Shown in pieces: positions 12,249 to 24,352 of a stretch of 64,000 nucleotides of DNA. The translations under genes were made by a program, and so were the position numbers. Origin of the DNA: Octopus vulgaris (lineage: Eukaryota); the NCBI GenBank assembly GCA_951406725.2, contig OX597817.1, positions 64,914,001 to 64,978,000 of the forward strand, given 5' to 3'. Within the stretch, counting starts at the first letter, position 1. The number at the start of each line of letters is the position of its first letter. The notes under the pieces were generated by a model. The model did no database searches. It was given only the letters and a program-made list of their open reading frames with translations, and was not told where the DNA came from.

Positions 12249-13035
12249 ATAAGAATATATAGTGTTTATTAAATAACATTTCATCAGACGGTGTACTGTT
12301 TACGTTGATTTTACCATCACAGAATAGTACTATATATATACACACACACAGAAAAGAGGGAAGATTTTTAGGTAAAGAGGAAAGGCAGACAAAACGTGTG
12401 GTTGAAGAAAGGTGGAAATATGAAGCGAAACAACAATAATCAAAGACTGTACAGTGAGAATACAAGGAAAGAAACGGGATCTAATGCTTCAAAGAGGTAA
12501 GAAAAAGAAAAAGAAACTATAAAAGTATACGACGTCTGTTTCCAGTGCAAGCTTACTGTGAGGAGAAAAGAAAAAAAAAAAAACAGGTAAATTCGGTTTC
12601 ATGGGACTTATTTGGGACAAAATTTTACGACTGAATGCATTTTTTGAAACAAAACCTTACCTGCTTTGCATGTAAAGCATATTTTATTTTACAGGTCGTT
12701 GACATCGTTGAGCAAGCAGTCACCCAGGAATGTAAATATTAACATTTTCATTGAGTAGTGACAAGCTGTGCAGTATCAGTATTCAAGTGCGCGTGTACCA
12801 AATGCATTCAGAAGGTATTGGCTAATTCATGACTATAGTAGCAAACTCTTGCCCAAGTTGCCATGCAGTGAGACTTTGGGATTAAATCTGAAACCTGGTG
12901 GCAAAGCTAACTAAACACAATTACACCTGTGTCTATATGGTATATGTGTATATGTTTACATTAGTATATGTAGGTGTGTGTGTGTGTATATAAAATTTTT
13001 CCCCGAATTTGTGTGAATGTGTATTGAATAATATA

Positions 13036-13808
13036 TGAGTTGAATAAAGTTAAAACCTGGTCTGGTTTTCATGGTTTTTGTTATAGTATTTTAACGTTAA
13101 AAATAGTATATGTTCATAAAGTTCAACTGGTTTTCACGTTTTTTATGGTATTTCAACATGAAAAAAATATTTTGTAATGTTCATAAACTTCAATTAACGC
13201 TTTCATACGTTCGTAGTAATCATCAGATTTCAAAATGTATTTAACTGATGGTCGAGTTCTTGACGCTCCAACAAGCTGAATTTTTGGATTACGGTTTTGA
13301 CTAATCCGCATGCAGTTTAAACGTCACAGTTTGCCGGGCGTACCGATATTACTGGCATACATCCCACCTTTATTTTAACCAATTAGCATGCGATTTACAT
13401 GTAATGGTTTTATGAGTGAACAAACTCAGTTGGTTTCGATCGTTTTTATTTCAATTGGTGGGCATCTTCTGTAATTTTTTAATATTTATATGTTAAAGAT
13501 ATTTTTTAATCTACATCATTAACTGGTTGTTATATTATTGTTATTTCCGTTCAGAACAGGTTTGAACATTTTAATAAACCGTTTTCCTTTCATCTTTCTT
13601 CTAACCTCACTTATGTCATGTAGTTTGCGGAAAGGAAAAATTAGAAACATTCTCTGTCAGTTAAATACATTTTGAAATCTGTTGATTACTAAGAACGTAT
13701 GAAAGCACTAGTTGAATTTTATGAACATTACAAAATATTTTTTTAATGTTAAAATACTATAATAAAAAAACGTGGAAACTAGACCATGTTTTAACTTTAT
13801 TCAACTGA
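13036..13808. mobile_element. MITE/foldback element with long (about 150 bp) terminal inverted repeats and TA flanks
   Basis: Left gagttgaataaagttaaaac..aaaatattttgtaatgttcataaa..cagatttcaaaatgtatttaactga mirrors right tcagttaaatacattttgaaatctg..ttatgaacattacaaaatattt..gttttaactttattcaactg. The left arm has an extra duplication of about 70 bp. Confidence 0.85.
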
Positions 13809-14203
13809 TACATACATTCATACATACATGCATGCATGCATTCATGGTGGATCATTTCGACCCTTCAATGAATGAGATTTCAACAAACCAGTTTTGGAGA
13901 AAATGTGGTGTTGGTGCCTTGGCTTGCTGAACAATTTTCACGATGATTATTATTATTATCGTGGGCTTTGTTTGTACAGATTCAGTCCCACTCTCTCATC
14001 TTTCAAACATTTATTGGTCAGGTACAACAAGGGCCATGAGCCCAGTTGTTATCAGGATGCTGGATGTGTAAGGAGGCATTTTCTCTTTGATGAGCAGCTA
14101 AAGAGCTGAAAGACCCTATCTACCCTGAGTCCGTTGGAGTGTCTGTTAATAACCTAAGGAAGGCATCTTTTTGTTTCACCCTCTCCCCTACATAATGAAT
14201 ATA

Positions 14204-15269
14204 CAAGGGCCTTGTTTTAGGGGACAAGTACCCACCATAATTTTTCAGGGACGGGGGACAAACCATCTTTTGTCTCCCCTACTTTTTCCCAATTAAAAGA
14301 CAAAGTACCACCGACAATCTAGATGGTATCTTGCAGAATGTCAAACTGGTGCAGGAGGAGCTAAAAAATCTACGCAGTGAAGAAAAATTTCAGGAGCTGT
14401 TTAATACAGCAGAAAAAATGATTTATCAACTCGATATTTTTCCAGGCAATGAAAAGTTTCCAAAAGATACCAGGAAGGAAATGCGTTAAAATATCAATAC
14501 TGCACTGTTTTGGATCATTACAGAGCGCAGTGTTTACAGGTAGTGGATACTGCAATAGCAAATTTGAAAGATTATGTTTTTTTTCACAGGATTTAGCAGA
14601 TTATGAAAAACTGAGCAATATTTTCCTCAATGGAAATTTTTGTGTTGAAGTGATCATGTAATATCCAGAGCTTGAGGAATATTCTTTTTTAAGGAATGAT
14701 ATACTTTTTTTTTTAATAGAAATCATCATAGTGGATAATAATCTCAAGGATCATCGTAAAATATTCGGTGAAATGCAACCAGAAGTCCGTCGCATGTTTC
14801 CAAATGTTGAGCTACTGTTTGGGCTACTTTTAGTGTTTCCAACCAGTTCTTGTGAAGCTGAACGATCTTTTAGCGCTCTGCGGACACTCAAAACTTGACT
14901 GTTTGAATCGTATTCTAATATGCCATATTCGTAGAGATGTTTCAAAAAAGATTTGTTATTTACTGACGGCAATGATGCGAGATATACGTAATACATTTTG
15001 CAAGTTCTAAAAGACAAATTTACTTTATATTTTTTTTATTCAAACATCTATGTTTTAGTTTTTGTTTATTTGATATAATAAATTCTTTTAAAGTGTATTT
15101 TTATATATCTGAATCTCATTTGAGTATATAAAATTTAATTAGCGTAAAATTTTACTTATGTGATTGGGTTCAGAAAAGGTACCATAAGCATTACTACTAA
15201 TATGCTTGTTTAAGAATCAACAAATGTTCGTTTGTCCCCCTCACATTTTTAAGGCATCTGAGGCCCCTG
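14204..15269 (+). mobile_element. hAT transposon deletion derivative
   Basis: About 14772-14900 encodes MQPEVRRMFPNVELLFGLLLVFPTSSCEAERSFSALRTLKT, the hAT C-terminal dimerisation motif. The ends caagggcctt / (rc) caggggcctc are imperfect TIRs. No clean 8-bp TSD is visible. Confidence 0.8.
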
Positions 15270-16483
15270 TATATATATCTATATATATATATATATATAT
15301 ATATATCGTCGGGCTGTAATAATTACTGATTGTGGCATATAACTGATCAGAATGTTGTGGGCAGTTTCCATGGAAGGAAAGAAAAGTTACTTTCCCTGGA
15401 TTGTTATTAGCCACGTTTGAACCTTGTGCGTTGTGTATATGTATATACGTATATGTCATTCTGTAGTCCCAAAATGGAGACAGCCACGTTGCCAAAACGA
15501 ATTTCCTCTCACAAATGTAGTATCTGAATATTCCGCTTTTTGATTTCAGGAAAGCACCTGGATTGTGTGAATTTTTTTTTTCGAATGGTATTCCTTTCTG
15601 ACAAGAAAAGCATACAATGCCTATTTGCATTCAGATACAGTCCAGGTCGTTCTAGCCATTACCACTTGATTTTGTTCAGCGCTGCGTCCACTTTTAATCG
15701 TCATGTCTAGCTGGCTAATGTTGCAACATTGCGGCCTCTCTTGGATTCTAAAAGAGGATCTATCATTATTCTACAAGTGTCTCATGTTTTTCCCGTTGAC
15801 TGGTGTAGGTTTGTTCTTGGGTCATATAAATCCATAGTTATGAGTGCTGTAATACTTTTGAATGTGAAGGATGCTCTTCTATGTGCCTTGAATCTGTATA
15901 ATACAAATTATGCACTGTACACGTTATGAAAATATATAACGTGATTGATTGTTTTAAGATAATAAATAAATAGTACTCAAGTAAATGAAGATAGTGGGGA
16001 TGTATAATAGAGTTTAATGGCGATCAGAGTAACAAACAATGAATGTGATTCTTAGTTGCATGCGGAGCTGAGTCTTACACTCTTCAGATGGACACTTTGG
16101 ATTTCAGTTGTAGAGAACCGAAGATTTCTGCGCGCGAGGCTTTTCGACAAAGTAAAAATGTATCTACATAAATACCAGATCAGCAACGTTGACACGAGCG
16201 GAAGAACATTATAAAATATTTGTTTCAGTCACCATGCTCCCTTTTCCATTCTGATTTCTACACTCGAACCTTTGTACAATCATTCAGACGTTTAATATTT
16301 CTACTTTTTTTCTTTCTACTACCCTCTGTCACTCTTTCCCTCCTTTCACAATCTCTTTTTCTCCCTACACTTTGAGCTAGATTTCTAAAAGGATCTTCCC
16401 TTGGCAAAAGAACTTATCGATTCTTGACCATGAGTTACTGCCCCTACTCTATCAAGTCTTAAGAAAGATAATTTTTCTTGATA

Positions 16484-17258
16484 CAGTGATCTCTCGCTAC
16501 TTCGCGGTTCAACTATCGCGGATTCACATCTTCATGAATTTTTAAAATATATATATATGAACACCTAAAATTTTTCATTAAATCCATTAAAATATTAATA
16601 ATAAATATTATTTCATAGTCTAGGAACAACAAAACAAGCGTAAAATAGCAAAAAAGCATATACAGGGGTATTTGAACTTAAGACGGGCTGTAATTGGTGC
16701 AATGGAGAGAGACGACACCTTTCTATTTTGTAATCTGGCCTGTGATTGGTGCTTTGACCAATGCTCAGATCCATAGCATCTTCCCTTGTCTCTCTCTCTC
16801 GCTCGCGGCCATTTCGCTTCAAGCTTTCTCGCCGAGTGGTTTACTGTACTACTTTACGTTGTGCTGTGTGTGATTTTTTTTTTGTTTCTTTGCATTGAAC
16901 TTTGCGTTTTGGAAGAAATGGAAGAGGTGTCTCAGGAAAGGGCACCGTCGTCAGCTTCATCATCATAATTTCTACTACGCAGCAAATTCATCACCATCAT
17001 CATTCAATTTTTTCTTCAACTTCTTTCGTGTTGAGTACAGTAACAATATTTTTAAAATCTAAAGTGTTATTGCTTAACAGTTGTCCTTGTTATTAATAGA
17101 CTATTGTAATGGATGGGCTGTTAACAGTACAGGGAGGGTTTTAAAAGCCCAAATACACGTTAAATAAATACTATAAATATGGTGTTCCTACTTCGCGGAA
17201 ATTCAGTTATCGTGGCTGGTCTCGAAACCAATCTACCGCGATAAACGAGGGATAACTG
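16484..17258. mobile_element. Tigger/pogo-like MITE
   Basis: TA|CAGTGATCTCTCGCTACTTCGCGG at left and (rc) TA|CAGTTATCCCTCGTTTATCGCGG at right, with a TA TSD on both sides. Confidence 0.88.
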
Positions 17259-17458
17259 TACAATATATACATACATACATGGAATCCAATGCGCTTAGCT
17301 TAGTTTTTCCTTGGGGCTGGCCAGATTGGAGCAATCTCAAGATTAATCAACCGAAATTGCGAGGATGATCTGTTTCTTGACTGAAGATTGAAGGCTTCGA
17401 ATGTCCCGTCCGTGTTTTTTGTATCATCTTCTAAATGTTTTGCGTTCTTGTCCCAGTT

Positions 17459-17497
<39 letters not shown>

Positions 17498-18024
17498 TAA
17501 ATTTACCCACCATGACCCGTTGGGTCACAACCACTCCAAGTAGGAAGTGTCGATGCGCAGCGGGAAAGGGGAAAAAAACTATTTCGAACTTCAAGTAATA
17601 AAATTCTTAAATAATACAGTTCTGCTTCTGGTGTGACAACATAAACACGACCAAGTGTTTCTTCGTTGAAAACGTTCAAATGGTCTTCAGCATTTTTTCA
17701 TCGCTTTCTTCTTTGCCATTCTTTGTTACTATTGTTTCAAGTGAAATTCATGGGTGCTTCAGCATAAAATAATGTTTTTCGCAAAGTCATCATGCTGTCA
17801 ATGTTGTTCTGCTCATCTACTAGATGAACTTGCAGTGTAACCATTACAGGTGCTCGTTCATGAATTGAAAATCCAAAAATAGATGCAACTGTTTCGGATG
17901 TTCCAAAATACCTACCCATTAGATATTGACGAATTTTGTTATCATTGTTTATTTGAACAGCAGCTTGGTCATTTCCTTTCAGCGTGAAGTTGATGACGTG
18001 CTTAACTGACCTCACTGCACACAT

Positions 18025-18178
18025 TTTTTTCTCTCCTTGTTTTTTCTGTGTCCCTTTCTGTAGAAGAGCATAGGCTTGAAACGTAAAAGGTTTTTTCTAT
18101 TCCTGAGCGTTATACTAATACATTTGTTTGTTTTGTACACCACCTGTCTTCGTCTTTTGTTTTTTTTTCGTAAACTCT

Positions 18179-18182
<4 letters not shown>
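18025..18182 (+). mobile_element. PLE pseudo-LTR-like fragment (family H1) inserted in the Helitron ORF
   Basis: Homologous to the reverse complements of 22020-22125 and 62087-62190. It contains a hammerhead motif and is followed by (TA)n. Confidence 0.75.
18053..18090 (+). ncRNA. Minimal hammerhead variant (CUGUAGA core)
   Basis: CCTTT-CTGTAGA-A-GAGC atag GCTT-GAAA-CG-TA-AAAGG, with a 5-bp stem I, 4-bp stem II and palindromic ACGT stem III. Confidence 0.7.
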
Positions 18183-18225
<43 letters not shown>

Positions 18226-20046
18226 CACATACTCACAATTAATGTATTTATAAGGATACTCTTGAAAGTGTAAGCCCGGGATACTATGCTTTTCTTTAGG
18301 TATTTGGCTTTTAATGACAATACTCTACGTATTAACAATTGAAAATCAACTGCCTTCGTTCTGCATTTGGTTACAATATTTTAAAAATGTTCTTGCTGAA
18401 TTGTGGATCTTCATAGCAATACACATGTTTTTTATGCCGTAGTTGATATTCATGCTGCTTTTTTTAACAGCTTGTGGGAACTATCTTCATTCAGGAATAA
18501 TTTGTGAAATTGATTTTTAAACCAATGTTTTATTGTGGATTATAACTTATAATACTTCTTGCCCTACAAATTTGGCCTATGGTTTCATGGTGATGGAGAA
18601 TACTTCATTCTCTCTTTTATATCGGTTACAGGTCAGTACCACCCGTATTATTCCATAGTCTTGCGTGAGGTAGTTTCGTGCATTGTGTACTTATTACCTT
18701 ACTTATGTTTATTGGGACATGTTTAGTGACGTTTGGTGGTTGATGGCATTGTTTATGGATCTACAATGGGTTTATATTTGTTTTTTTTTCTTCTGAAAGT
18801 CTTATATATTTCCAACTTCAGTTTAAGCGAAATATCTGAGAAGTTTATGAATTAATGTGTGTATGACTCCTTATGACAGGCTTATGATTCAGACAGGACC
18901 AGAATAAAAACCAAACAACGGGATAGTTTATGGGAAAACAAGGAGAAACTGTGAAGCCAGAAAACATGCAAGAAGTTACGAAAAGCAAACCACAGCTGGT
19001 CACAAATACAAACAAACATGTCAATAATTAAAAACACTGATCACTTATACGGATTAAATAAATGCTCACATTCCACAAGTACAATTACAACATAAAACAT
19101 ACTCATGCAAAATTATGTAATAACTGAGAGTGCTCGTAAGTACAAATTGGCAAAGATACAGGGAAAGAAAATTCAAGAAATTGGGAACTAATGAAATAGA
19201 GAATAAAAACAAAAAAAAAAATATGGGTCATATAAAAGAGAAGAGACTAATAGTTTGTGTAGCAGAAGTGTGCAATGCTTTTATTATGTTTGGTTGTTTA
19301 AGCTTAAATACTGCAGAATGGGCTCACCAGATCTTTTCTTTCCATCGAGTCAAATGATCCAGTGGCTTGCCAAATTAGTTGCATCTATTGGTCGGTTACT
19401 AACTGTCCAATCGCGTGTTTGCAACAGTTTGTTTTCAACACGGGAAAGAGAACTTTGTCTCTGGAGCCTGCCCAAGGTTATAAAAGCCCTTGCATTCTGC
19501 CTCGCTTGGTCTTTAGCAGCAGCCATTGGCCACATACCACATCTCTTTGGACCAGCGTCGATGAATCAGAAATCCAGCCTGTCTCACAGCTTTCTTCAAC
19601 CAGCTTTCCCCGGTCTTCATCATTACCGCAGCAGACCACAGCCACATCAACAGACCCAGCAAAACTGGAGTCATTTAAATTCTTGTTCCAGACTGTAATA
19701 TAATTATCATTCTCTTTTGGCAATCTTATTTTTATAACAAGAGGAATAAATCGTCGCTTATTCATCTAATCCAAATCTTATCGTTTGCTTCTTCTTTCTC
19801 TGTAAGAACTTGGAAAAAAGAAGGGATAGAATTGAAATTTGGAATAGATGCTTGCAATAGACGATGGAATGTTAAAGTCCAGAGGGTTAGAGAAATATTA
19901 TTAAAGTGGGATAAATTAAGTGATGTACTGTTTAATTATTATCAAACCAATGTTCTAACGGCATTGAGGTTAGACGCTTTAGGTATTAAGAAAGGGTTCT
20001 AGAAAGTAGATAGCGCATACGTACATACATATATATATACATACAT

Positions 20047-20080
<34 letters not shown>

Positions 20081-20375
20081 TTCAGGGAAGACGGGGAAAC
20101 TTTATAGATGAGTTGTATGTAAAGATAGACCTTAGATATTCTGTGGTGTTTCATGAGAAAAATGAAGAGAAAGAGGTAAAGTAAAAGAATTTGAATAACA
20201 TCTGCATTCAACTCCGTTTATTTACTTATACTATACAAATTACTGCACATTAACCCGGAGTTTCTACCTTTGAATAGGTCGCTACATCCTTGTTACTTGC
20301 ATGAATTTTGCTACTCTGGTAACTGTTTATTGAATTTTCCATGTTAACGGTAAACAAAGGATAATTCATTCATCC

Positions 20376-20406
<31 letters not shown>

Positions 20407-20466
20407 TATATACATATATATATATATATATATGCATATGTATATATATATATATATATATATGCA

Positions 20467-20712
20467 TATCATCATCATCATCATCATCGTTTAACGTCCG
20501 TTTTCCGCGCTAGCACGGGTTGGACGGTTTCGACCGGGGTCTGGGGAGCTCGGGACTGCCCCAGGCTCCAGTCTAGTCTGGCAGTGTTTCTACAGCTGGA
20601 TGCCCTTCCTAACGCCAACCACTCTGCGAGTGTAGTGGGTGTTTTTTACGTGCCACCTGCACAGGTGCCAGAGGGGTCTGGCATCGGCCACGTTCGGATG
20701 GTGCTTTTTATG
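20467..20712 (-). mobile_element. SINE 3' part, family D, with (CAT)n tail
   Basis: (cat)n cgtttaacgtccgttttcc..gggttggacgg..tttctacagctggatgcccttcctaacgccaaccactc. CpGs are intact. Confidence 0.8.
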
Positions 20713-21182
20713 GGGGAGGTGCAGAAATATAGGGGAGCACCAGTGGGAGGGGTGGTTCAGAGGACAGGTACTAGGCAAGTAGAACGTAGGATATCGAGAG
20801 AGGGGTAATGCATGGTGAAATAGCATATTGAAGAGGGGGTTCAAAGAGTAGACACCTATAATGGTGGTGGGGGGTGCAGAAATATAGGGGAGCACCAGTG
20901 GGAGGGGTGGTTCAGAGGACAGGTACTAGGCAAGTAGAACGTAGGATATCGAGAGAGGGGTAATGCATGGTGAATAGCGTATTGAAGAGGGGGTTCAAAG
21001 AGTAGACACCTATAATGGTGGTGGGGGGGTGTAGAAATATAGGGGAGCACCAGTGGGAGGGGTGGTTCAGAGGACAGGTTCTAGGCAAGTAGAACGTAGG
21101 ATATCGAGAGAGGGGTAATGCATGGTGAAATAGCGTATTGAAGAGGGGGGTTCAAAGAGTAGACACCTATAATGGTGGTGGG
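20713..21182. repeat. Tandem repeat, 3 units of about 155 bp, G-rich on the plus strand
   Basis: The unit gtgcagaaatataggggagcaccagtgggaggggtggttcagaggacagg...ggttcaaagagtagacacctataatggtggtgg starts at about 20718, 20875 and 21029 with near identity. Confidence 0.95.
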
Positions 21183-21584
21183 AGAAACGACATCCGGTAT
21201 AGTTGGAGCAAATATAGAGATATCCGGTATTGGTGGTGGGGGTGGGTAGGGCGGGCGCGCCGCGAAGAATCGGCAGCCAATTTCTAATCAGCCCTGTAAG
21301 GGAGATAGATCTTAATATCTATAACGATAACTAGTGAATTATACAGAATATGCAAAAACGAGGCGAGGCTGAAATAGTAAACAGAGTGGCGACTAGGGGG
21401 ATCAGAATAATAATAATTAATAAATGATAATAGTAAATAGAGATACGGATGAATTAAAGTTCAAAGATTTCTTATCTTGAGATCACTTGCATACTTGGCA
21501 AAAGGAATTCGGAATCAAGAATACTAGCTTATATGCATAGCCATGGCGGGTGGTAGGAAGAGGAGTCCAGACAGACGACAATGT

Positions 21585-21721
21585 AATATATATATATATA
21601 TATATGCATATATACATATATATATATATGCATATGTATATATATATATATGCATATATACATATGTATATATATATATATGCATATGTATATATATATG
21701 CATATGTATATATATATATGC

Positions 21722-21766
<45 letters not shown>

Positions 21767-21946
21767 TATATACATACGTATATATATATATATGCATATA
21801 TACATACGTATATATATATATATATGCATATATACATACGTATATATATATATATGCATATATACATATGTATATATATATATATGCATATATACATATG
21901 TATATATGCATATATACATATGTATATATGCATATATACATATATA

Positions 21947-21996
<50 letters not shown>

Positions 21997-22016
21997 CATA
22001 TATACATATGTATATG
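21585..22016. repeat. Compound alternating purine-pyrimidine satellite, (TA)n with TGCA/TACA/CGTA interruptions
   Basis: Seen directly. It generates the YI/MH/CI pseudo-ORFs in all six frames. Confidence 0.97.
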
Positions 22017-22019
22017 TAA

Positions 22020-22125
22020 CGGGAAGCTTTATGAAAATAGACAAAAGACGAAGGCAGGTGGAAAACAAACAAACAATTGTATTAGTATGGCGCTCAGGAA
22101 ATATAAATAAAACAAGTCTTTATGT
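22020..22125 (-). mobile_element. PLE pseudo-LTR-like fragment (family H1), truncated at the hammerhead
   Basis: caaaagacgaaggcaggtgg..tgtattagtatggcgctcaggaa matches the reverse complement of 18100-18180. Confidence 0.7.
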
Positions 22126-22419
22126 ACATACTTACATCTATACGTATGTATACATGCATATGTGGGCACAGGACGTCATGAAACGTGTACAATAAAAAAT
22201 ACAAAGTAATATATATACACACACACACACATATATCATATATATATATATGTACGTACGTATGTGTGTGTATGTGTGTATGTATGTATGTATACACACA
22301 CACACACATATGTATGTTTGTATGTCTCTTCTATTTTTTAATTATTATAAATCTTCCACTGAGGAGGGAGTCGGTTTCCAATAAAGGTACATGACTCCAT
22401 CTTTGGGATGTAGTTAACA

Positions 22420-23070
22420 GAGACAATTTCACATTTGGAACTTGAGAAAAGTCTTGAATATTTTTACTGTTCCACTCACAGATTCCACTTGTATGAATTG
22501 GTCAGTCAATTTCTCTTTCTGAAAATCCCAGTTTATCCAGATTCTCCTTTAAGTATTTTATAACAAAGCCTAGTGCTCCAATTATTATTGGTATGAACAT
22601 GAATTCAAAGTCTGGATATAGATGCCGGACGTTTCGAAACAGTTGTTTATAGAAATCCTCTTTTTCTTTGATTTTCAAAGAGATATTTATATCTGCAGGG
22701 CAGCTGACCTCTATGATGGTACATACCTTTGCCCCTCTGTCCCAAACAACAATATCTGGCTTGTTATGTTTACATTTGACAGAGGTTTTGATGGGAATAT
22801 TCCACCAGTATTCCTTGAGTTGGTGTTTATGAATGCATTCCATAACAGGGATTTTCTAAGTTAATTTCAGGACAGTCCTTTTTGTGGATGGCATTGTAAA
22901 TTGTTTTAGCAACAATCTCCCTATCGTGTCGCATAGGGAGATTGTACTGTGACGACATTTTAGGACAGCTGCTGATCACGTGCTTGATGTCTTCCACAGA
23001 AACATAACATAGCCTACGCATGCAGTTGCACCTTGGGATTGCAAGAGCGTCACTGTCTCCTTGTTTACAA
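22420..23070 (-). mobile_element. RLE-type non-LTR retrotransposon 3' fragment (R4/Dong-like)
   Basis: CCHC-like knuckle (RRLCYVSVEDIKHVISSC), RHD motif, KPDIVVWD..IIEVSCP and IPIIIGALG, which together form a restriction-like endonuclease domain. Confidence 0.88.
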
Positions 23071-23841
23071 GGTACTTTGTGGCAATCTCCTGTCCCTGGA
23101 TTATGTATGTATGTATACACACGCATACATACACACACATAAAATTAAAGAAAAATTTTTTAAAAAAATCTCATTTAAGGGAGTTAACTCTTTAATAGCT
23201 TCCAAGGGAAGTAACTGTTGATTCGGCATGCTGAAAACCTTGTTAATACGTATGTTATCTCCCTTCCCACTCGTATGATTCCGTCAACATCGTATACAAC
23301 GCATTGTCTGCAAGTGAGCTGTGATAAAAAAAAGTACAGACATGTTTATTTAAATGAACTACATATTTATAAAATTGGTGCAATGAATGTTTAAAACTTA
23401 AAAAAGCATAAAAATTAGAGTTTGAATTGGAGTAGAGTTAACTAAGTTCTTGAATGCATTTTAGTTTCGTTCTAAACTGTCGTTGAAAGACTTTCACTTA
23501 AAACCATTGGTAGAAATACATTAAGTTTTCAATCATCTTATTTTCGTTTCTTTTTCGAAAACGGTATTCGCTATGTTGAATCATGGTGACACGTTTGTTG
23601 GGTAGATGAATTTATTCAACCGAATCGACAGTAATTTTGGGTTATGAGATGAATTCATTCGTCTTTTTTCCCCCCGTCGTTATGTGAACCGCGACCCAGT
23701 GATTTCTACCGTCGAGACACTCACAAGTTGGTGGAATGTTGGCAAGAAGTTCTGAACACTAAAAGAGAATATACTATTAACTGATTGGCTAAAATTGTTG
23801 ATGAAATAAGAATAACAATAAATGGAAACAACAACAACACT

Positions 23842-24319
23842 ACTTGAAGACATCATCGAAAATGATAATGCAAAGATCCTATGGGATTTTATGATTCAGT
23901 GCGACCATGAAATAGGGAATAGGAAACCAGACATAGTGTTAATTGAGAAAGAAAAAAACGATGCTTGATCATAGATATAGCATGCCCAACTGACAGCAAG
24001 GTATGCAATAAAGAAGAAAGAAAAGTCGATAGATATGACAAGTTAGCTTGGGAGGTTAAGCATTTGTGTTCGATGAAAAAGGTAGTAGTAGTACCAATAA
24101 TTGTCGGAGCCCTGGGAACAGTGAGTAAAAATCTTGAGAAGTACATGGAACAAATAGGCACTGCAATAAGGGTGGAACACTTGCAGAAAACAGCACTGCC
24201 TGGAACCGCTCGAATACTCCGGAAGGTGCTCGAAAGATAAGGGGTGTTACCTTAGTTTACTGGTAGTGAACAGCTGGTACCGTAATACATCTCCAGCGTT
24301 AGAAGCTGTGTAAAGACAA

Positions 24320-24351
<32 letters not shown>
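23842..24351 (+). mobile_element. Dong/R4-like non-LTR element, 5'-truncated, with intact 3' end and (TAA)n
   Basis: ENDNAKILWDFMIQCDHEIGNRKPDIV..IIDIACP..KVDRYDKLAWEVK..VVPIIVGALG..LQKTALPGTARILRKVLER*, then a short 3' UTR, then (AAT)10. Confidence 0.92.

Positions 24352-24352
<1 letters not shown>

Larger units (their letters stand above)
17496..18400 (-). mobile_element. Helitron remnant with RepHel fragment
   Basis: YINCE / CAVRSVKHVINFTLKGNDQA..KIRQYLMGRYFGTSETVASIFGFSIHERAPVMVTLQVHL matches the Helitron motif HINVE..SIKY..KG.D.A..GRY.S..EA..RI..F.IHER.P.V..L.VHL. A 3' hairpin TGACCCAACGGGTCA is followed by TTAG|T near 17496. The 5' limit is uncertain. Confidence 0.82.

Noticed and set aside
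16060-16260. Possible GIY-YIG C-terminal remnant
   Set aside because: Only a vague resemblance (CARG..RAEEH) that needs several frameshifts.
17375-17415. CTGAAGA..GAAG/CTTC..GAAT hammerhead-like motif
   Set aside because: GAAA is not intact and no stem I pairing can be drawn. It may be a PLE-related relic but cannot be supported.
20240-20335. Possible further hammerhead fold-back (gaaactccggg on -, actctggtaac on +)
   Set aside because: The cores are too degenerate and the arm similarity too short to call by eye.
20713-21182. Regular repeats as a possible CRISPR array or retrozyme
   Set aside because: The units are contiguous with no unique spacers, the context is eukaryotic, and no hammerhead core was found in the unit.
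21483-22195. Long ORFs of 150-190 aa in all frames (also 31830-32483, 44354-45151, 40662-41210 and similar)
   Set aside because: They are translations of stop-free microsatellites (YI, HT, CV, LSIY, poly-I/N/V) with no protein-like complexity.
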